Source of the DNA: Selenomonas ruminantium
Lineage (GTDB): Bacteria > Bacillota > Negativicutes > Selenomonadales > Selenomonadaceae
Length of the DNA stretch: 53,722 bases
Direction of reading: 5' to 3'
Assembly: GCA_902785885.1 (NCBI GenBank)
Contig: CADAAS010000002.1
Span: 1 to 53,722, forward strand
Part shown: piece after piece, positions 48,897 to 53,722 of the stretch
How positions within the stretch are numbered: the first letter of the stretch is position 1
Layout: every line of letters starts with the position of its first letter
Made by a program: the position numbers and the translations under genes
The notes under the pieces: model-generated
Seen by the model: only the letters and a program-made list of their open reading frames with translations
Told to the model about the DNA's origin: nothing
Database searches by the model: none

Positions 48897-50879
48897 ATGA
48901 AATTACTGGATTTTATTCGCAATCTATTTACGAAAAAACAGGAGCAGGCATTGCCTGCTCCTGCTTCACGCAGTGCAACGCCTTTGGACAGGCAGATTGA
49001 AGCGCTCTATGCCATTTTGGTGGATGTCATGGGCACGGAGAAATTGGTGATCCAGGCCGGAAAGATGAAGGCGCTCGACTTAATGCGCTCTGCTGACCCG
49101 TGTGACAGGGTGCTGGCCCTGCAGCGCATATTGGGAGAAGACCCACTGATTGCGCCTGCACCAAAGGCGGAACAAGTGCCACAGATTATGGATGCGCTCT
49201 CTGAGCGCGTGGCCGATTTGGTGGCACGCCGCAATGTCGAGGACAGCATCGAAAAAAAGGTCAACGAAAAGCTTGAAAAAGACCATGCAGATTATGTCAA
49301 CGATATTCGTCAGCAGGTCATCAAGGACGAAAAAGGTGGCAACGAAAGTCCGCAGGACAAGGAAAAGCGGGAGAAGCTCGAAAAGCTCGAAAGCATCAAG
49401 CTGACCCAGTCCATTATGGAACTTCTGCGCCCGCAGGACTTTAGTGAAATCGTGGGGCAGGAACGGGCCGTCAAGTCCCTGATGGCGAAATTAAGCTCGC
49501 CCTATCCCCAGCATTTATTGCTCTATGGGCCGCCGGGAGTTGGCAAGACCACGGCAGCGCGCCTTGTGCTCGAAGCGGCCAAGAAAAAGGCGGTATCGCC
49601 CTTTGGTGATGAAGCACCTTTTGTGGAAACTGATGGCACGACGCTGCGCTGGGACCCGCGCGATATCACCAATCCCTTGCTGGGCTCTGTCCATGACCCC
49701 ATCTATCAGGGGGCGCAGAAAACGCTCGCGGACAGCGGAATTCCTGAACCAAAGCCGGGCCTTGTCACTGATGCCCACGGTGGCATTCTGTTCATTGACG
49801 AAATCGGCGAAATGGACGAAATGCTGCAGAACAAGCTGCTGAAGGTCTTGGAGGACAAGCGTGCCTACTTCGAGTCGGCTTATTATGACCCCACGGACCC
49901 CAAGGTGCCGCCTTATATCAAAAAGCTCTTTGAGGAAGGCGCGCCGGCAGACTTCGTGCTGATTGGCGCGACGACGCGGGATGCAGGGCATATCAATCCC
50001 GCCCTGCGCTCCCGCTGTGCGGAGATTTACTTTGAACCATTGACGCCGAAGCACATTCAGCAGATTGTGCGCAATGCGGCGGAAAAACTGCATGTGGAGG
50101 TCAGCGACGAGGTGGCTGGACTTATCAGCGAGTACACCATTGAAGGTCGCAAGGCCATCAATATTCTGGCTGATGCATATAGCCTTGCCTTGGAACGCTG
50201 TGGTGTCGGCGAGCAGTTCAAGCTTGAGGAATTGGGCACGGAAAACGGTCCGCAGGTGGAAATCAGCAAGGCAGATATCTATGAAGTTACGCAGGTCAGC
50301 CGCCTGACACCATATGTGACGAAAAAAGCATCCGATACGGCGCTGCAGGGGCATATCTTTGGCCTGGGCGTAGCCGGTTTCCTGGGTTCGGCCATCGAGA
50401 TTGAAGCCGTAGCCTTCCCCGCCAAGGAAAAAGGCAAGGGGACGGTGCGCTTCAACGAAACCGCCGGTTCCATGGCCAAGGACTCTGTATTCAACGCGGC
50501 ATCTGTTATGCGTCAGTTGACGGGCAAGGATTTGCACGATTATGATGTGCATATCAATGTCATCGGCGGCGGCAATATTGACGGGCCCAGCGCAGGAACG
50601 GCAATCCTGGCGGTTATCACCAGTGCCGTAACTGGTCGGAAAATACGGCAGGATGTGGCCGTAACCGGCGAGATTTCCCTGGCCGGTCGGGTGCGCCCCG
50701 TAGGCGGGGTCTTTGAAAAGGCCTATGGAGCCAAGCAGGCGGGCATAAAGACGCTCGTTATTCCCAAGGAAAACAGCAAGGATATCCCCAAGGAACATTT
50801 GGGCCTGGATATTCACCCGGTAGCGACGGCAGAGGAGGCTTTTGCCTATATCTTTGAGCCGGAAAATAAAGAGGAGTAA
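48897..50879 (+). CDS. lonC: Lon-family ATP-dependent protease (LonC/LonB type)
   Basis: GPPGVGKT Walker A, LFIDEIGE Walker B, IDGPSAG catalytic Ser, GGVFEK. Confidence 0.9.
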   Translation: MKLLDFIRNLFTKKQEQALPAPASRSATPLDRQIEALYAILVDVMGTEKLVIQAGKMKALDLMRSADPCDRVLALQRILGEDPLIAPAPKAEQVPQIMDALSERVADLVARRNVEDSIEKKVNEKLEKDHADYVNDIRQQVIKDEKGGNESPQDKEKREKLEKLESIKLTQSIMELLRPQDFSEIVGQERAVKSLMAKLSSPYPQHLLLYGPPGVGKTTAARLVLEAAKKKAVSPFGDEAPFVETDGTTLRWDPRDITNPLLGSVHDPIYQGAQKTLADSGIPEPKPGLVTDAHGGILFIDEIGEMDEMLQNKLLKVLEDKRAYFESAYYDPTDPKVPPYIKKLFEEGAPADFVLIGATTRDAGHINPALRSRCAEIYFEPLTPKHIQQIVRNAAEKLHVEVSDEVAGLISEYTIEGRKAINILADAYSLALERCGVGEQFKLEELGTENGPQVEISKADIYEVTQVSRLTPYVTKKASDTALQGHIFGLGVAGFLGSAIEIEAVAFPAKEKGKGTVRFNETAGSMAKDSVFNAASVMRQLTGKDLHDYDVHINVIGGGNIDGPSAGTAILAVITSAVTGRKIRQDVAVTGEISLAGRVRPVGGVFEKAYGAKQAGIKTLVIPKENSKDIPKEHLGLDIHPVATAEEAFAYIFEPENKEE

Positions 50880-50884
50880 GGAAA

Positions 50885-52213
50885 ATGGCATTACCAGAAC
50901 GGGTGCCCCCACAGAATATCGAGGCCGAACAGGCGGTCTTGGGGGCTATGCTCATCAAAAAAGAGGCCATCATCGAGGTGCAGGAAATCTTGCAGCCGGA
51001 TGATTTCTATCGGGAAACGCACCGTATTATTTATGAGGCTATGGTGCGCCTGCAGAATAATGATGAGGCAGTAGACCTTGTAACGCTGACTGAGGAATTG
51101 CGGAAAACCGATATGCTCGACAAGGTGGGCGGGCTAGGCTTTATCACCCAGCTGGCCAATATTGTGGGCACAGCCGCCAATGTCAGCTATCATGCAAAAA
51201 TCGTCAAGGAAAAGGCAGAACTGCGCAATCTCATTAATGTGGCCACGGAAATCGCAGGCAAGGCTTACGAGGATAGCGACGAAGTCGAAAATATCATGGA
51301 TGAGGCGGAGAAGAAGATTCTCGCGGTCGCCAGCCGCCAGGGCGGCGGCGCCTTTGAACCCATGAAGAATATCGTCATGCGTACCTTTGAGCGCATCAAT
51401 GTGCTCTATGAGTCAAAGGGTGGCCTTACGGGGATAAGCTCCGGTTTTAAGGATTTGGACAAGCTCACGGCAGGCTTGCAGAAGTCCGACCTTATCCTTG
51501 TGGCAGCGCGTCCGTCCATGGGCAAGACGGCCTTTACGTTGAATATCGCTAGTTATGTCGGCCTGCATGGCGGCAATGTGGCGTTCTTCTCTCTGGAAAT
51601 GAGCAAGGAGCAGTTGATGCAGCGTATGCTCTGCTCCGAGGGCGGCATTGATGCCTCCCGTCTGCGTACAGGCCAGCTGGATGAAGTGGAATGGAACAAA
51701 TTGGTAGGGGTAGCGGACAAGATGAGCAGGGCGCCCATCTACATTGACGATACGGCAGGCATCACGGTTATGGAACTGCGTTCAAAGGCGCGCCGCCTGA
51801 AGGCCGAACATGGCCTTGACCTGATTATCATCGACTATCTGCAGCTCATGCAGGGGCGGGCCAGCAAGAACAGCGACAATCGCCAGCAGGAAATCTCCGA
51901 GATTTCCCGTTCGCTCAAAGCATTGGCGCGTGAGCTCGACGTGCCGGTTATTGCGCTCTCCCAGCTCTCCCGTTCCGTGGAAAGCCGTCAGATCAAAAAA
52001 CCGATGCTCTCCGACCTGCGTGAATCCGGTTCCTTGGAGCAGGATGCGGATATCGTTATGTTCCTTTATCGTGAGGATTACTACGACAAGGATACGGAGA
52101 ACAAGAACATCACCGAAATCATCGTGGCCAAGCACCGTAACGGCCCTGTGGACAGCGTGCAGCTGTTCTTCCAGAAAGAATACACCAAGTTCCGCGATTT
52201 GCTTATGCAATAA
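50885..52213 (+). CDS. dnaB: Replicative DNA helicase
   Basis: PPQNIEAEQAVLG, ARPSMGKT, IDYLQLM, SQLSR, DLRESGSLEQDAD. Confidence 0.97.
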   Translation: MALPERVPPQNIEAEQAVLGAMLIKKEAIIEVQEILQPDDFYRETHRIIYEAMVRLQNNDEAVDLVTLTEELRKTDMLDKVGGLGFITQLANIVGTAANVSYHAKIVKEKAELRNLINVATEIAGKAYEDSDEVENIMDEAEKKILAVASRQGGGAFEPMKNIVMRTFERINVLYESKGGLTGISSGFKDLDKLTAGLQKSDLILVAARPSMGKTAFTLNIASYVGLHGGNVAFFSLEMSKEQLMQRMLCSEGGIDASRLRTGQLDEVEWNKLVGVADKMSRAPIYIDDTAGITVMELRSKARRLKAEHGLDLIIIDYLQLMQGRASKNSDNRQQEISEISRSLKALARELDVPVIALSQLSRSVESRQIKKPMLSDLRESGSLEQDADIVMFLYREDYYDKDTENKNITEIIVAKHRNGPVDSVQLFFQKEYTKFRDLLMQ

Positions 52214-52226
52214 TTACCGGTATCTT

Positions 52227-52490
52227 GGTTCGCGTTCGAGTATTGTTCGTGGCTGGCGGGGCGGCTGGGGCGGTATTCAGGCTCTGCTTAGGCTGCTGGC
52301 TAAAAATCATTTTTGCCTTTTATAAAACTCAAAGCATCTAAACTCACTGCGTTCAGACAAAGATGCTTTGAGTTTTTTCGTATGTGGGCAAAAATGCTTT
52401 TCTTAACGCCAGCAGTCAAACGCGTCGCCTGAACACCACCCCAGCCGCCCCGCCAGAAGGTCGTGCTGACTTATCGGCAAACATCGAACC
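52227..52490 (-). repeat. Long imperfect palindrome, copy 1 (structured RNA/ssDNA element)
   Basis: Nested stems from CTGGCGGGGCGGCTGGGG/CCCCAGCCGCCCCGCCAG to AAAACTCAAAGCATCT/AGATGCTTTGAGTTTT; apical TGTCTGAACGCAGTGAGTTT on the minus strand. Confidence 0.8.
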
Positions 52491-52509
52491 TAAAAAGCAC
52501 CTTGGCAGT

Positions 52510-52707
52510 GCCGGAGCAGCGGGGACAGGCACAGCGGAGCGTATGCCGACGGGCGTTAAGAAACGGATTTTTATCTACCGCTAAAAGTCACTGGAAAAGT
52601 CTACTGTTTGAGCGCAGCGAGTTTTGACTTTTCCAGTGACATAAGAGATAAAAATCAGGTTTAGCCCGGCGGCTTAGCGCAGTCGTGCCTTTTGCCCCCG
52701 TTCCGGC
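52510..52707 (+). repeat. Long imperfect palindrome, copy 2 (same family, opposite orientation)
   Basis: Stems GCCGGA/TCCGGC, GATTTTTATCT/AGATAAAAATC, GTCACTGGAAAAGTC/GACTTTTCCAGTGAC; apical TGTTTGAGCGCAGCGAGTTT. Confidence 0.8.
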
Positions 52708-52780
52708 TGTACGCATTACCTTTTTCAGTAAGGCGAGGGGGACTTTTGACCGATTTTGACGATTTTTTTCAATCTTAATC

Positions 52781-52835
52781 TTGACAAAGCGATATGGAAC
52801 TTGTAAACTGTAAATATGAAATTGGTTTCATATTT
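52781..52835 (+). promoter_or_regulatory. sigma70 promoter and LacI-type operator of the sucrose-family PTS gene
   Basis: TTGACA-17 bp-TAAACT (52781-52809); AAATATGAAA-TTGG-TTTCATATTT palindrome over +1 (52812-52835). Confidence 0.75.
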
Positions 52836-52891
52836 TACCCTTGCAGGAATTATATTTTGAAGACGCGAATATTTAGAAGGAGGCATTTCCT

Positions 52892-53722
52892 ATGAAGGAA
52901 ATTCGTTTGGACAGCCCGCTTAATGGCGAACTGGTAGAACTGTCCCAGGTGAATGACCCGGCTTTTGCCAGTGGGGCCATGGGCTTTGGTGCAGCGGTGA
53001 AGAATCCGGACGGCAAGGTTTATTCCCCCGTTGATGGTGAAGTGACGGTGTTTTTTGAGACGAAACACGCAATCGGCATTCATGGTGAGAACGGTGAAGA
53101 CCTGCTGATTCATGTTGGCCTGGATACCGTGAAACTGAACGGTGAGCATTTCAAGGCTCATGTGGAACAGGGCGCTACGGTAAAAAAAGGTCAGCTGTTG
53201 CTGGAATTTGATGGCGAGGCTATCAAGGCTGCTGGTTACGATATTACTACGCCTATGGTTGTAACCAATTCCACAGAGTTTGACAAAATCACCATCGCGC
53301 TGAACGGTGTGGAGATTTGTTCGGCAACAGCGGCTAAGGCTGAAGCCAAAACGGCAACGGCTGATGACGAATACGCTGGCCTTCCGAAGGAAGTCCGCGT
53401 AGCCAAGCTCATTGAAAAATATGTTGGTGGCATGGACAACGTGCGCAATGCAGAACACTGCGCTACGCGCCTGCGCCTCATCATTAACGACAAGTCCAAA
53501 ATCGATGAAAAAGCCATTGAAAACATTGACGGCGTAAAAGGCCAGTTCTTTGCGGCTGCCCAGTATCAGATTATCCTGGGCACGGGCTTTGTAGACAAGG
53601 TCTTTGACGAATTCGTCAAGGGCACGAATTTCTCCGGTGTCAGCAATAAGGAAGAAGCTTACGCACAGATGACGCCGCTGCAGAAGATTTCCCGTACGCT
53701 CGGTGACGTATTCGTCCCCATC
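52892..53722 (+). CDS. Sucrose/beta-glucoside-family PTS transporter, IIA-IIB-IIC order (3'-truncated by window; absent from ORF track)
   Basis: Manual translation MKEIRLDSPLNG...DPAFASGAMG...TKHAIG...LIHVGLDTV (IIA), HCATRLRL...QYQIILGTG (IIB), ISRTLGDVFVPI (IIC start); AGGAGG RBS. Confidence 0.9.
   Translation, partial: MKEIRLDSPLNGELVELSQVNDPAFASGAMGFGAAVKNPDGKVYSPVDGEVTVFFETKHAIGIHGENGEDLLIHVGLDTVKLNGEHFKAHVEQGATVKKGQLLLEFDGEAIKAAGYDITTPMVVTNSTEFDKITIALNGVEICSATAAKAEAKTATADDEYAGLPKEVRVAKLIEKYVGGMDNVRNAEHCATRLRLIINDKSKIDEKAIENIDGVKGQFFAAAQYQIILGTGFVDKVFDEFVKGTNFSGVSNKEEAYAQMTPLQKISRTLGDVFVPI

Noticed and set aside
49515-50912. 465-aa minus-strand ORF
   Set aside because: Antisense to lonC; codon-bias artefact
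45498-52213. yybS-gdpP-rplI-lonC-dnaB block, including the gdpP/rplI overlap and GGDQV variant
   Set aside because: Well-known conserved Firmicute arrangement; GGDQV is normal for GdpP
51930-52584. ORFs 51930-52325 and 52384-52584 overlapping dnaB and the hairpins
   Set aside because: No RBS or motifs; the sequence is explained by dnaB and the palindromes
52227-52707. Hairpin pair considered as CRISPR array, tRNA or plain terminator
   Set aside because: No direct repeat-spacer periodicity, no cloverleaf, far longer than a terminator, no cas genes
52850-53526. Minus-strand ORFs 52850-53458 and 53236-53526
   Set aside because: Antisense to the real plus-strand PTS gene starting at 52892

Overview
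Chromosomal segment of a diderm Firmicute. Class Negativicutes, Selenomonas-like, is inferred from the gene set, the yybS-gdpP-rplI-lonC-dnaB block and the many signal-peptide proteins. The left half is sugar uptake and sensing: a cellobiose-family PTS with a GH1 6-phospho-beta-glucosidase and an RpiR regulator; a LevEFG-like mannose/fructose PTS lacking IIA; a higBA toxin-antitoxin islet; a signalling operon (receiver, divergent PTS EIIC, BMP protein, hybrid kinase); a LevTSRQ-like four-component sensor; and orphan PTS IIA genes. The middle holds housekeeping and transport genes (fbp, beta-carbonic anhydrase, yhdT-panF, thrE-like, TSUP, ubiX) and an azlC/azlD pair split by a signal-peptide methyltransferase and a degenerate anti-sigma-kinase/DAACS fusion. 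The most novel-looking parts are: (i) an AT-richer nine-gene cluster (36992-45396) of exported proteins with FlgT-N-like, two LPP20-like, TPR and CAP domains; (ii) two back-to-back ~200-260 nt rod-like hairpins after dnaB that share loop/bulge motifs while their stems co-vary; (iii) the EIIC/BMP/hybrid-kinase operon. A sigH-like promoter motif recurs upstream of five units. No rRNA, tRNA, CRISPR array or transposase was seen. All family assignments are by motif recognition; no searches were run.
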